This document shows, piece after piece, positions 15,153-28,805 of a stretch of 64,000 nucleotides of DNA. The first letter of the stretch is position 1, and the number at the start of each line of letters is the position of its first letter. The notes under the pieces were generated by a model that saw only the letters and a program-made list of their open reading frames with translations, did no database searches and had not been told where the DNA came from. The position numbers and the translations under genes are program-made. Origin of the DNA: Octopus bimaculoides. Its lineage: Eukaryota. The DNA lies in contig NC_069003.1 of assembly GCF_001194135.2 (NCBI RefSeq), positions 36,896,696-36,960,695 of the forward strand. Reading direction: 5' to 3'.

Positions 15153-15218
<66 letters not shown>
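15153..15218. repeat. (TATC)n directly followed by (GATA)n: 33-bp-arm palindrome
   Basis: Centre TATCT|AGATA at 15185/15186. Confidence 0.85.
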
Positions 15219-15648
15219 TGACATATAAAAGTAGGTTTCAAACTGTGCAAAGATCATCTGACAGAGAACTCGAAGCGTTCGGTAAAATGATGGACGGAAT
15301 AGCTGTTCCTTATATCAAATTTGAACGGTGTTTTTCAGTTTCACGCACACACACACACACACACACATACATACATACATACATACATACATATCATACA
15401 CACATACACACACACACCATTGTTGCCAGCTAGAGAGAGAGAGGCTAATCGACGAGCGATAAAAAGGCGGAAGTAAAGAAGAATAGAAAGAGAACACATT
15501 CTTTTGAACAATCCTTTAAGTTTTCAGGCTGTAGGTGGCGCTGTGTGTGCGTGTGTGCATGTGTGAGTGTATGTGTGTGTGTGTGTGTGTGTGTACATGA
15601 TTGAGTGTGTATGTGTATGTGTATGTGTGTATGTATGTATGCGGATAA

Positions 15649-15694
<46 letters not shown>

Positions 15695-16256
15695 ATATGT
15701 ATATGTGTGTATATACATACATACATAAACACATGCGTATATATGTATGTATGCATATGCGTGTGTGTATGCATGTATGTATTGATGTGGGTGCACATGT
15801 ATATAGAGCTTGAGTCTCTGCGTGAATCTGTTTTCACCTCTTTCTCTCTGTACACGTATATGGGTATTGTGCGCGCGCGCGCGTGTTTGTGTGTGTGCGT
15901 GTGCGTACATGTATGAAGAGCGCCTATGTCCCTCTGGTCAACGAGTCTGACGAATCGCCTGTGCAGCTAAGTGCTTTAGAGGTGAGAAACCAGTGGTCAC
16001 TCTCTCACTGACCATAACAAACATCCTTCTAAATATATATATTTAGAAGGAGGAGGAGGAGGCCGACGACGACGAGAAGAAGAAAAAGAAGAAAAAGAAA
16101 AAGAAAAAGAAGAAAAAAAGAAAAAGAAGAAGAAGAAGAAGAAAAAGAAGAAAAAAGAAGAAGAAAAAAGAAGAACAAGAACAAGAACAACAACAACAAC
16201 ATGAGAATATCACGGCTGCAGCGCCTTTGATGTCTGTTAAAACTGACCAGGGGCTG

Positions 16257-16291
<35 letters not shown>

Positions 16292-18535
16292 CTGCAACAA
16301 TTGTAGATATTTCAACAACACTAAGGCTCCAATGGTGGAATTAGAAAATTGAAGAAAACTGATTAAAAGATAAAAAGATCAAAGCTACACGGTTACCATA
16401 ATTATTATGTCTTTGAAGAATCGTCGAGAATTATGCTGCCTTCTCGCTCCTCATTTCCCGACCCATTCTTCTTTTTCTGCTTTCTTTTTTATGATAGTGT
16501 GGCATCATTTAGCGGAGTTTAGTGCTTCTTTTGATGTTGGCTGTTATGTCTAGCAGATAATGCGACCATGTGAAGGTTCCAAAAAGCAAGATATTATGCA
16601 AGGGGGACAACTCATATACACGCATTGCACTTGTAATGTACAAATCAGACGGTTAATTTCTCTTCCTGAAAATCCCAGTTTATCCAGAGTCTCCTTTACT
16701 AACAAAACCTAGAGCTCCAATTATTATTAGTATGATTATGAATTCATAGTCTGGATACAGAAGCTGGGGGTTTCAAAGCAGTTGTCCATAAATATCTTCG
16801 TTTTCTTTGATTTCCAAAGAGGCATTTATATCTGGAGGGCAGCTGACCTCTATGATGGTACATACCTTTGCCCCTCTGTCCCAAACAACAATATCCGGCC
16901 TGTTATGTATACATTTCACTGAAGTTTTGATGTGAATATTCCACCAATATTCCTTGAGTTGGATACGAAATTAATTTTCAAATGTTTTTAGCATATGCAG
17001 CGTTGCGCGCGCACGCACACCTCCGCCACCACCACTACCACACGCACGCACACATTTACATACGCTCACATATACAGACACACACATGCCACAAACGCAC
17101 ACATATACATATACATACCGCACACATACAAACTCGTATGCATGCATATATGCGTAGCAGTGACAAAAAGAAAGAAACAAACGAACAAACAAACAAACAA
17201 ACGAACGAACGAACGAACGAACGAACGAACGAAGGCAGGTAGGAAGCGTGCGTGCGTGTGTTTGTGTCGTGTAAGTTGTGTGAATATGTCTACATGTAGA
17301 TATGACTTACGTTTATTGGTAAAAAAAAGAAAGAAAAAAAGAACTGGTGCCGCATCAAAAGTTAACCTTGTCGTCCGATCAATAGAGATCAATAAATTAA
17401 ATAACAAACTAAAATATGGGATCGAATAAAGTCTGTGTGATTAAATGCCGTTAGCAGAAAAGGCAATGAAAGAGAATCCAGATTGAAATCTGTGCAGGGA
17501 TCGATAGTGATTGTTAAAATCCTTCAACGCCCCAGCATGGCCGCCGCCCGACGACTGAAACCAGAGAAAAAATACTTGTGTCTTGCTGTGAAAATAGAAT
17601 TTGTCGATAAACCCGGCGAGTTTTCACAATTCTAAGCAAGAATCGAACAGAATTGCATTTTTTTACAATGATTATCTCCCCTCCACTGTGTTAAGGGAGA
17701 CAACTCTACATCTGAATGGAAATTTGTTTTAAATGTAAATTTTTTGTACTTTGGTTGCCAAGGAAACTAAAACTAAAGCTTGAGTTGTTATTTACTTTAT
17801 TTCTGTCGTTCTGTGAGACAATAACATCTTTGACAACAACAGCAGCAGCAATAGCAACAACAACTACAACGAGAATAATCTTTTTTACTCAAGGCACAAA
17901 GCCCGACATTTTGGGGGAGGAGGAGGCCAGTCGATTAGATCGACCCCAGTACGCAACTGGTACTTGATTCATCGACCCCGAAAGGATGAAAGGCAAAGTC
18001 GACCTCCCCAACTCACCACCTTAAACTACAACAAGAATAATAATAATAATAATAGACTTGACAACATCTGACGCTGAAACCAAGATGAAGAACGTGAAGA
18101 GGTGGAGAAACGCAAGCATGCCGTCATCTCACGAAAAGGTAATAATGATAATATTATGTTGTGTCTGGGGAGGGTCATATTGTCTTAATGCCTCCTTATC
18201 TAACACACACACTGGTTCGATTTCCACTCAAAAAATATTTATATTTTTTTCTTTGCAAAAACAACGAAAATTTTGGAAGAAAAAATATAAATAATAAATG
18301 AGTGGAAATCGAACCAGTGCGTGTGTTAATAGAGCTTTAAGACAATATGACCCTCCCCAGGCACAACACAATTTGATTCAACACTTGAATTCACATAAAG
18401 AATCTTGCAAACCAAACACAAAAACGAAAAAGGATAATGTAATTTTGGTAAATATATCAGTTAAAACGAGATGTCAATGTTATTTTCATTTTTGTGTAAC
18501 TTAGACGATAATATATTCACCACACCCTGTATGTC

Positions 18536-18571
<36 letters not shown>

Positions 18572-18644
18572 AAATACATTATGCATATATGGACTCAAGT
18601 GAGAAAGAGAAAAACAGAAAAATGAAGAGAAAGATGAAAAACAT

Positions 18645-18683
<39 letters not shown>

Positions 18684-18926
18684 GTGTGTCAGAGTGTGTG
18701 TGAGTGTGTGTGTGCGCGTGTGTGTGTGTGTGTGTGTGTCAGAGTGTGTGTGAGTGTGTGTGTGTATGTGCACGCATATAGATGTATGTATACATATAAA
18801 AAGGAAAAAAAAACATTCCTCACAATAAACTTTATAAATCATTGAAGCAAAAATCAGACAAGGAAGTAGGAAAGATGTCGTTTTAATGTTTTAAAAATGT
18901 GTGTGGGCTTATGGTTATTGTGTTAG

Positions 18927-18992
<66 letters not shown>
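18927..18992. repeat. (CAT)n microsatellite
   Basis: Direct inspection. Confidence 0.9.
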
Positions 18993-20147
18993 ACATATAT
19001 GAACACACAAATGTATTCTTTTAAATTGTATCTCAAAATCTTCTCTGCTTCCTTGAAACGATTTGTAAAGGTTTATTGTGACACATTCTCTCTTCATTTT
19101 TTTATCTCGTGTATAACAACACTTGATCTTCACTATTAAATAGTCTCGTTGGTCCAATGAACAACACACTAAACCAGCAAAACACAAACTACAGGCAACG
19201 TTTTGAAACGACCAATATCTCAACAAAGAAAGAAGAGACCTGACCAGGAATATTAATAAAGAACTGCTCATAGGAACAGTCACATGTAAGGAAAGGCATG
19301 GAATACCTCTCCCCACCACCTCACAGGAATAATGCACAAAGGCCTTTCTCCTTTTCGTCTTTCTACCATACTTGTCCTTTTTCAGAATAGGTAAATGCAT
19401 GAGGCCTGGGGGGTCACCTTGGAAGCAAGGTTCCCTGCTCAACTACCTCAGGTCACTAAATATGGATGTGGTGACCAGGAGGGAGACCAGAGAACATTTG
19501 CATCTATTTTCACTGTATGGCTTCTTATGTTTTCAGTAACAGAATAAAATTCTAATTTTGCCCCCCATCCCTAACTCCTCGATTTTTTGTCGTTTTTTTT
19601 TTTAACTATTTTCTAAATTTATTTGGGATGAGGGGCACTCAACATTTAGAATTACCCTTCTAATTTTTTTTTTTTTTTTTTTTTTNNNNNNNNNNTTTTT
19701 TTTTTTTTTCTTTTTGAAAATTCAAAGCTGATTGATTCTGGACATCTTTCCCACATTCAATCTGTCATCAGAAACCAAGAATCTCCTGGCATCTTCAGTT
19801 TCCCTTAATTCTTGGGCTACGATCATTTCAGTTTTAAACCACGTCGTCAGTAAGTGGGACACATCTTCACACAATATGAAATAAATAAAATGATACAAGA
19901 TATAAAGTTACATAAATAGCGAAGCGAACTTTAACCTTCTAAGCACACACACACACACACACACACACACGTACACACACACACACACGTTCGCACGCTA
20001 CTTTATTGGTTACTCGTTGAAATAAAAGAAAAACGCGATTGCCGCCCATTAATCCATCCGTCACAGACACGATATGTTGCACACGAAAAGCCAAGTGTGA
20101 TATTAAGAAGCGTTTTGTACCAATGAAGGAAGTATAAAAAGTGTGAA

Positions 20148-20321
20148 ATGCATTGGACTCGCCCCACGACACGCTTTCTGGTCACAGTGTTACTGTTTCT
20201 AGTGACACCGGTCGTTACTGGCATTGATTGCAGTGGTCCTCCGTCGTCGTCTTTCTGGTCGAGCTCAGACAAGTCAGCAATGACCGACGAAGAATGCAAA
20301 CAAGAAAACAAAAGTCCCAAG
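20148..20321 (+). CDS. GPX4: GPx4/PHGPx-like selenoprotein, exon 1 of 6; join(20148..20321,28738..28805,29898..30045,30153..30298,30946..31030,32002..32034), 217 aa
   Basis: ATG at 20148; MHWTRPTTRFLVTVLLFLVTPVVTG...KSPK, then AAG|GTGAGT donor, phase 0, matching the exon 2 acceptor. Linking this exon to the GPx body across an 8.4-kb intron is inferred from phase and position. Confidence 0.7.
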
Positions 20322-21599
20322 GTGAGTGAACATAAAAATATTAAAAAAAACATGAAAATTCATCTTCTGTCGAATGGATTTGTAACTGAATTAATGCGGC
20401 AATATATGAGTGGTAACGGTGTTACAGGTAATTAGTCCCCTCCGAAACTTGTAGACTAACAAATAACAATTTCAGTTGGAAAACTATTAAATTATTAACA
20501 TTGTTACAATGTGAAGAAACTAGAATGACGAAAACAACTGTCACGTTGTAATTATTTCTTTACTCTTTTATTATTTAAGTTCTCAGTTCAAATGTGATCG
20601 AACTCATTGACTTCGACTTTCATTCTTCTGGGATTAAAGAAAACAAAATAATACGGATCAATTTAAATGACTGTTCTTTTCTTAAAATCTGGATTTGTCT
20701 ATGTTATAAATAATAATAATTATTATTATTATTATTGAGTGAGAGAGCCGTGCATGCCATCAAAGTGAGAGCAGTGCGTGCCATCATGACTACCCATCTG
20801 ATAAGGGTACACCAGGCACAAGCATATCAACCAGATGTATGCGACATGGTGATCTCATTATCAAGATAAACAGCGCATGATCTTGCAGGTGGGGCCCAGT
20901 TAGAATTTTCTTCAGCTCGAGTAGCCCATCCCGCTCCAAAGGTCCCTGAATAAGGATTCTTTGAGGATGTTCAACGAAACACCCATGTTTCCAGAGGTGA
21001 ATTATCCAAACCCCAAAGAATTCCTCTCAACACATGGTTATGATGCTCCCCCACTAGTTCTGCTCGTGACCAGAGATGCACATATTGTCAGCCACCAAGG
21101 GACATGCTCAATTGGTTAAGGTCAAGCATCTGACAAGCAAATCTGTAGTATTGCACTAAAATTGCTGGACTTGTACCAAATTTGAAATCATTATTATTAT
21201 AATCAATAATGACGGTCGCTCCTGTCAATTTTGATGTATGATTGCTTGAAGGAAAGGATTTAAAAAGAGAGAAAGAAGATAGCTTATGAAACTAGAAGAA
21301 CAAAAGAATCTGCATCTATTTGCGATGGATGCATGAATGTAATTTGAGTCCAGCGATGGAATTTGCTATGAAGGTGCAATGGGGATATTGGTGATTTTGA
21401 TTTTGTCTGGGATTAGGCTTAATGGGTCTGTTGATTGCAGGGTATAAGTCTTTTATTGTTCTTTTTCTTCAGTTCAAATTGTTTGGATGCATCATGACAC
21501 ATTTTATGCTATGCAGATCGATCTTGGCAATGACTTTCCCAAGATGTCAGGTTAAGCTTTAACAGATTTTAGGGATTGCTTCAACTTATCCTTTATACC

Positions 21600-21900
21600 T
21601 CAAGACAATTCTTCACTTGCCATGTTATCCCTCCACATGTTGGTCATACAAAAGAATTTTCAGAATGAGCTTATCTTTCCTTCGAACAACATGTCCTACC
21701 CATCTGCATTGAATTCTCAGCAGCATGCTTTTGATCCTGGAGATATCACATTTTGCTAAGATTTTGACGTTTGATATCTTATCTTGCCATTTCATGTTGA
21801 AGATATTGCACAGACAGCACATGTGAAAGGTCTTAAGTTTCTTTACATGTCTGTAGTAGGGAGTCCATGCTTCTGCCCCATACAAAAGTGTGCTCCAAGT
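21600..21900 (-). mobile_element. RTE-clade LINE ORF2 C-terminal remnant in GPx intron 1
   Basis: LLYGAEAWTPY...KLKTFHMCCLCNIFNMKWQDKISNVKIL...QCRWVGHVVR resembles the RTE LYGxExW and LRWxGHVxR motifs. Confidence 0.8.
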
Positions 21901-24900
21901 TTAAAAAGGATATATTATATAATGTAGTTTTACATCACCTTAAAATGACAACGTGGCCACGACTGGATTTCTTTTGCTGATTGTGTTTGCTTGATATCAC
22001 GGTTGACTGGAGATATTAAGTAACAATAACTCTAAAGAATGTTTGTATTCAGTCTTGGCTCAGCTCTGATTTATGATGTTCCGTTTTGGTGTAACTGGTG
22101 TAATCTAAGATTTGACTGCTATTTCTAGCGGGTCAGACAATCACGTAGAAGTTCCCTTCGTATACATTTCGATTATTTTCGCAAAGATTCATTAAGAATA
22201 TAAAGCTAACAATTTTTTTATCTTTTGAAATTAAACTCCTAATAAAAAGAGAAGTCGGGAAGAATATTATATTTTACTTTATGGTGTCTTAACAGAAACT
22301 ATTTGTTATGGGACAAACTCTTCATTCTTTTAACTCGGCCACTCTCTCCTTTCTATCTCTTCATCTCTTTTCCATCTCCATTCTTTCAATAAAACCATTG
22401 TTTCCACATCTTCCCCCCTCTTTCCCCGCTATTTTTATATTCCTTTATCTCCGTTCTTCTCTTCCATGCTTCTATTTTTCATGTCCACAACCACGACTTC
22501 TCTCGGTTTATTTCTTTTATTGTTCATAATTCTTCTGAACTCACTTCGTTGCCATAAATTGCTTCTCTCTCTCTTTCTTCCCTCCAACTCTCTTTATATC
22601 TTATCTCCCTCCCCCTCTCCATACTTTATTACACTCTATTAATGGTCTCCCCCCTCACTCCCCATACTCTCTTATAACATTCTTCTTTCTTCGTTTCATC
22701 TCTCTCTCGCTTTATTTTTAATCTTTTCTTTCTTTTCCATTGCTGCATCTTTTTTTCCTCTCTGTCTTTCTCCCATACCTCTCTCTTACATTTTCACTCT
22801 CCCTTCATATATTCTCTCTCCTCCTCTCTCTCTATTTATCTCCCCTTCTACGCACATAGCTATATAATTATTTGTGTACATATATATACACACACACACA
22901 CACACTTTATCCTTGTGTTCACATATCAAACACCCAGGAACACGTGTTAAAGAGCTGAGCGCGATGGTAAGTCTTCGTGTCCATCTGTCCGATTATTCCA
23001 TCTCTTTTGCTAAACTTTCTGGTTTTATATTTTTATTAATTCATATTAACATACTCAGTATATACATCAACCTATATATATATATATATATATATATATA
23101 CGTGAGGTGTTCCGTAATCTTTTTTCCTTCTTAAAGACTTCACACATTTACAAACAATGGAAAATAGATTAAATGACGTTCGCAATTATTTTAGAAATTG
23201 ATCTTGATGTTATAATGACCAAAGTGGCTTCTAAAGAAATTATAGAAGCCCCTCGGGTGGGTTGCATATCTTGAAGGGTCCATTCTTCTCAAATCGTATC
23301 ATTCTGCCGATTCTGATAGAAATTAATGTCTTTGTGGAAATATATAAACATTAAAAAAATGGAATCAAGTATAAGCAGTTTAAATGGAGATGATGTGGTA
23401 ATATTTTTTTTTTGTTAACACAATACTCTCGGTTATTTTACCCTTTGTAATCGAAAGGGGTGGATTAATTTGTTCATGCAGCAATGAGTGCATTTATTCA
23501 AAACCGGTGCGTGTTTTGTTCATGCGAATAAAGACTATAATCTCACACGCATGAATAAACGCAATTTCACTCATATACACGTCTGTGTGGGTGTGTGCAT
23601 ATACATATATATGTGTGTGTGTGTAGAGAGAGAGAGAGAGGGGGGAGACAGTTTAAGAATTCGTAGAATGTAAATATTTCAGCGTGTAAGACCCCCGGGA
23701 ATTTAATATTAAAAATGGAGAAAGCCATTTTATGGGATTACCTTAGGTTTCCCGCCCATAAGGGGCTTAGCTTTATGACCCATGACCTCTTCAATATATA
23801 TATATATATACCGGAGTAAGCACATGAAATGTGCAACAAGGTGGAAAAAAGAGTACTCAAATACCAGAGGTAGAGTAATATATATATATATATATATATA
23901 NNNNNNNNNNNNNNNNNNNNNNNNNNNNNNNNNNNNNNNNNNNNNNNNNNNNNNNNNNNNNNNNNNNNNNNNNNNNNNNNNNNNNNNNNNNNNATATAGG
24001 GAAATTATACTGAAGTCTTCGAATTTGCTGGGAGGTATTAATGTATTAATCAACCTTCCGTAAAATGGTATTCTATTGAGGTGATCTCACTCATAGTTTA
24101 ATATAGTCTTTTCTCTTCACCTCACCGGTAATTACAGTTAAAACATTCATAAACCAATTTGACTGAACATATTCTAGTCAAGCTTACAAATGTTCGTATC
24201 TTACCTGACAGTAAATATAAATTTTAATCCTACATTACTGTAGTCTTCCAGAGTGGATTTTTTTCTACAGGTATAACAGTGCCAGGAATAGGTAAATGGC
24301 ACTGGGCTATACTGTGCTTATTTTTTAAGAATCTTTACGAGATATTTTTTTAAAAAAGAATAAAGGTGAACCAACTATTATATGCATCTATAGCCGTAGA
24401 AAACTGGCCTTACTTCGGTGTTGGTCTACAGTGTCGGTGTCAGGAGACGATGCTATTCACCCTTTTTCAGCCTTGTCCCTTTTATTTATGTCACGAGGGA
24501 AAGTTGTGCGGGTGAATGACATCGTGTACCAATATCGAAGGATTACCAGAATATTTCGACCAATTTTCTAGGGTTTGCTCTAGACCCTCCCACTCACTCA
24601 GGCGATTTTAAGGTGGTTATTTTAATGAAGACCACCGCTTCACGTAAAGGGTACGGAATATAATCTTCATTTTGATTAAAATACCAGCTACTGCAGAGTA
24701 AAACCTCTCCCTACAGTTCACCAGCATTTAGCATCTCTGGCGGTCACTCCCTTGCTGTCCATTTGTTATTTTACTTTCTGTCTACCAATCTGAGTGGAGT
24801 GTGAAACCTATTACGTTTTATTATATGTAAGATTCAGTCTACTATGCTATACATTTAAACTTCCCTGATGTCAGAACTCTGTCAAAAAGTCCCATAAATA

Positions 24901-26153
24901 GAAGTTTGGCAAGTATTTAATTACGTTATACCTTTTGCCAGTTAAACTGATTTTGTTTTGCCCAGGTCACACTTGGCTGAGCAGGTTATGGACACCAACA
25001 TGTGGCATTTTTTATGTTTTTTGTTTGTTTGTTTTTTTACATTTTTGCCCCTACCCCTCCCTTTTCCTATCCTTTAAGTTTTGACAGCTATTCCAAAAGC
25101 TCCACCGATTGACATTCTATCCTCGACCATCACCTCTTTATGTATGTATACTAGTTTAATACCCGACAGCAAGATGGCAACATCTTCAGTGTAAAATTGC
25201 CTGCCCTTTTGAAATGCGACGTTTTTAATATAAAATATATTCATCTTGACAATGTTCTGCTTTGACTGCAATCTCCAAGCAAACAATATTATTATTAATA
25301 ATAAAAGTATTTATAATTTGTTAGTATTAATGTCTCCTCTAGAAAAAATTTGTAAAGACAACAATAGGTGACTAATAAGAGTCCACTTCTGCTTAAGAGG
25401 GATTTGTAATTCTATCCTCTGGCCTTAATCCTGTTGGTTTATTGATTTTTGTTTTGTTTTATATTCCAAGGTCTGTCACAAAGAAAACAATAAAGGGACA
25501 AGTGTGGTGGTGGTGGTGGGAGGGTTGCTATGGTGATGGTAGGTAGCAGTGGTAGCTATAGTGGTGTGGCAGTGACATCACTTTTGTGTGTGTGTGTGCG
25601 TGCGTACATGTGTATGTATATGTGTGTGTGTGTTACTTGGCATTGTGTAAATGTCACCATCGAGCAAGAAGTGTCCTTCATTTCCAATCTTCTGTGAAAA
25701 TATCTCTGGTCATCAGAGAATATTACTTTGCTTTGCATCCAGCCTTAGAAAATTACCCCAGCAAATTCCATAGGAACATAGAAAACTTGACTTTATTTTC
25801 TTGATGATGATGATGATGATGTCATTAATTGATGTCTTCATAAAATATATAAAGTGCACGGGTTTAGTCCTATTGCATGGCACCTTGGGCAAGTGTCTTC
25901 TGTAGCCCCAGGCCTTGTAAGTGGATTCGATTGACAAACTGAAAGGAGCCTGTTTGTAAATACAAACACCGTATGTGTGTATTACACTCATAAACATGTA
26001 GTAATAACACAATTGAAGCCAGTAAAGAATGCTCTATACAGCCATTCAACCTGCTAGAAACAGCAGCCTGAAAATAACAAAGAATAGTCTTTGTCTCTAT
26101 GCATACAATGGATTTTGTTCCTAACTATAAACACTTCACTCTGTCTACATGTG

Positions 26154-26196
<43 letters not shown>

Positions 26197-26307
26197 ATAA
26201 TAATAATATTAGGGACAAAATCCAAAATTACAGGTAAAAAACTCAATTAAAATCAATTTATAAAAAATTAAAATTAAATTGAGCCTTATAGATAAAGTAT
26301 ATATAAA

Positions 26308-26661
26308 ATATATAGTTTTAGGGGAAATAACCAATTTTCAAGAACTCATCGATGAAAATCCACTATCACATATAGAAAAATTAATAATTAAAAGCACAAT
26401 AAATGAGTATAATATAAAGTAAAGTAAATATCATAAGATAAATATAATAATAATATAATATAATAATAATAATAATATAATATTATATTTATATTATTAT
26501 TATTATTATATTATATTATTATTATATTTATCTTATGATATTTACTTTACTTTATATTATACTCATTTATTGTGCTTTTAATTATTAATTTTTCTATATG
26601 TGATAGTGGATTTTCATCGATGAGTTCTTGAAACTTGGTTCTTTTCCCTAAAACTATATAT
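26308..26661. repeat. Long inverted repeat (foldback), about 173-bp arms with an 8-nt spacer
   Basis: 26308-26480 pairs with 26489-26661; 3 mismatches in the outer 30 bp, inner arms complementary by eye. Confidence 0.92.
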
Positions 26662-27937
26662 ATATATATACATACATATGTGTGTATATGTAATACATAG
26701 AGGCTTGTAGTACATAAGTATCTGAATGAGTAAATTGACCTAATTAATGACCAGGATGCCATTGTAACTAGCGTCATTATCATCAATGAGTCGGTTATAT
26801 TTAGCTGGCTGAGGGTTCCTTTCTTTCAACTAAGAAATATTAAGGCTGGTTTGGGCAGATATCAGAACATCTTTTCTTGTGAACCGTTTATCTCCAGCAA
26901 ACTGGTTCAAAAGTTGAGAATCTGATTTTTCAGATTTGGAACAAGTCTTCAAAAAAAGACACTTGTTGTTGTTTAATCTCCAGGCCCTTCATTCCCACCA
27001 CCCTTCATTGAGTTGTCATGTGATCAAAGTGTTTTCAACTGTTGACACTAACCACCACCGCCCCCTCTTTTTTTTTCTTTTTCTTTTTTTTTGCCAATGT
27101 CAGATAAAAGTGTATCTAGAGCTGCTACATTATCCACATGTCCTGGTTTTCAGTTGGTAGTGCGATTGTGATGTTGATTTGAAGGAGATTTGGCTGCTAT
27201 TTTTTCAGACGTTGAACAACCACTTACAGACTGTCTCTCAATAATGTTGATATTTTATCAATGTTTATCAGTGAGGAGATCCTAGCCCCGCCACCACCAC
27301 CACCACCTCTGTTCTCATAAAAAAAAGAGGGCATCAGTGTTCATGCCTGTTTTGAAACCTGACCTAGATTTAGTGAGATTACTTGAGTTGATGATACCCG
27401 GTTGGAATATGTTCAGGGTTAATGCATAAAGGAAAAAAAGCAAAACTCTGATGTCTGTGGTGGTGGTCGTGGATGAGGGTAGGGGTTGGCCTGAATACTT
27501 AAAAACAGTGAGAGGAGAGACGCTGTGTTTTTGTGACAGCCATTCTTTACATATGGTAAAAACCTGATTACTACCAGTTCAACAGGATTTAATTACATTT
27601 ATTAGTCCCTGCAATTAAAAGCCCTCCAATTCATTGCACACACCACGTGTGTGCGTGTGTATATATGAGGTTTATGTATACATCATGTAAATGTATGTGT
27701 GTGTGTGTATACATTACAGATATTGTGCAAATGTATATATATTTGGGTGTTGCCAGAATTTTGGTCAACTGGAATCTTAATTAATGAAATGGAACCTCCA
27801 TTAGTTGTCCAATTTTCATTTGTTTGCGCATGTGTGTGTATAAATCATATACACAATGCGTAGGTGTACTTTATATACACACACTTAGCATGGAAATGGG
27901 TTTGTCGGAACTTGTTGAAAACGTGTTCTGTGTATAG

Positions 27938-28148
27938 TCTTTTACTTGTTTTAGTCATTTGACTCCGGCCATGATGGAGCACTGCCTTTAGTCGGACAAA
28001 TCGACCCCAGGGCTTCTTTGTAAACCTAGTACCAATTCTATCAGTCTCTTTGCTGAACTGCTAAGTTACGGGGACATAAACATACCAACATTGGTTGTCA
28101 AACGATAGTGGAGAGACATACACAAACATACATACATACATACATACA

Positions 28149-28183
<35 letters not shown>

Positions 28184-28270
28184 GCATATATGACAGGCGT
28201 CTTTCAGTTTCTATCTACCAAAGACATTTGCCCAAGGTGCCTTGCAGTGGGACTGAATCCAGAACCATGT
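27938..28270 (-). mobile_element. tRNA-derived SINE-like element, family A (representative copy)
   Basis: Shares TCTTTTACTTGTTT.AGTCA...GGCCATGCTGG.GCAC, GCTAAGTTAC.GGGAC and GACACTTGCCCAAGGTGCC..GCAGTGGGACTGAA with pieces at about 2094, 3176-3550, 25860, 30450, 31570, 33470, 39330, 47460, 48595, 52930, 60590 and 61600. Some copies show a B-box-like GGTTCAGTCCC/GGTTCAAATCC. Family name needs a Dfam/Repbase search. Confidence 0.75.
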
Positions 28271-28737
28271 TCTTGTGTTTCCATTTAACCCCAACCCTAC
28301 CAACTGCACCTCAGTCCCATCCAACCCTTCCACATTCAGTATACCTGACTGTTGCTCAATCTTTCTCTCTCCGTCCTCTCCCCTTGGCCCCACATTGTTG
28401 TTCTCAATCGGCACCGACCACTTTCAGTCCTGTTACCTCCCTTTGTTTTTAGCCAGCATTTGCTTCCCCTTTTTACCTTCACACATCTCTTTGTTGCGAT
28501 CCCATCTGGCTGCTTTCTATTCAATCTCCTGCCCAACAACTAACGTGACCCCCCCCCTCTCTCTCTCCTTTTACCCCCTCTCCCAGGGGGGTAAAAGGAG
28601 AGAAAGCCACTTGAAGCCAAGTAAAATTATCTGCAGGTGTATAAGTTTTTCAGGTAAGTCATAACTGAAAATTGATGGGATATACGTGTACACACACACA
28701 CACACACACATATATAATCATTGTTGTTATTTTGCAG

Positions 28738-28805
28738 GGATTCGACTTTTACAGCTACAAGGCCAACGACATTGATGGCAATGAGGTGTCAATGGAAAAG
28801 TACAG
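28738..28805 (+). CDS. GPX4: GPx4-like exon 2 (GFDFYSYKANDIDGNEVSMEKYR)
   Basis: ttttgcag acceptor, AG|GTTGGT donor; matches the N-terminal GPx pattern F-x-A-x-D-I-D-G-x-x-V-x-x-x-K-Y-R. Confidence 0.93.

Noticed and set aside
18990-19442. 150-aa non-repetitive - strand ORF
   Set aside because: Non-ATG start, no recognisable motif, no convincing splice sites; could be chance or a TE relic.
20740-21150. Non-AT-rich block in GPx intron 1 that looks like an interspersed repeat
   Set aside because: Only one copy in the window and no motif recovered, so it cannot be classified without a repeat-library search.
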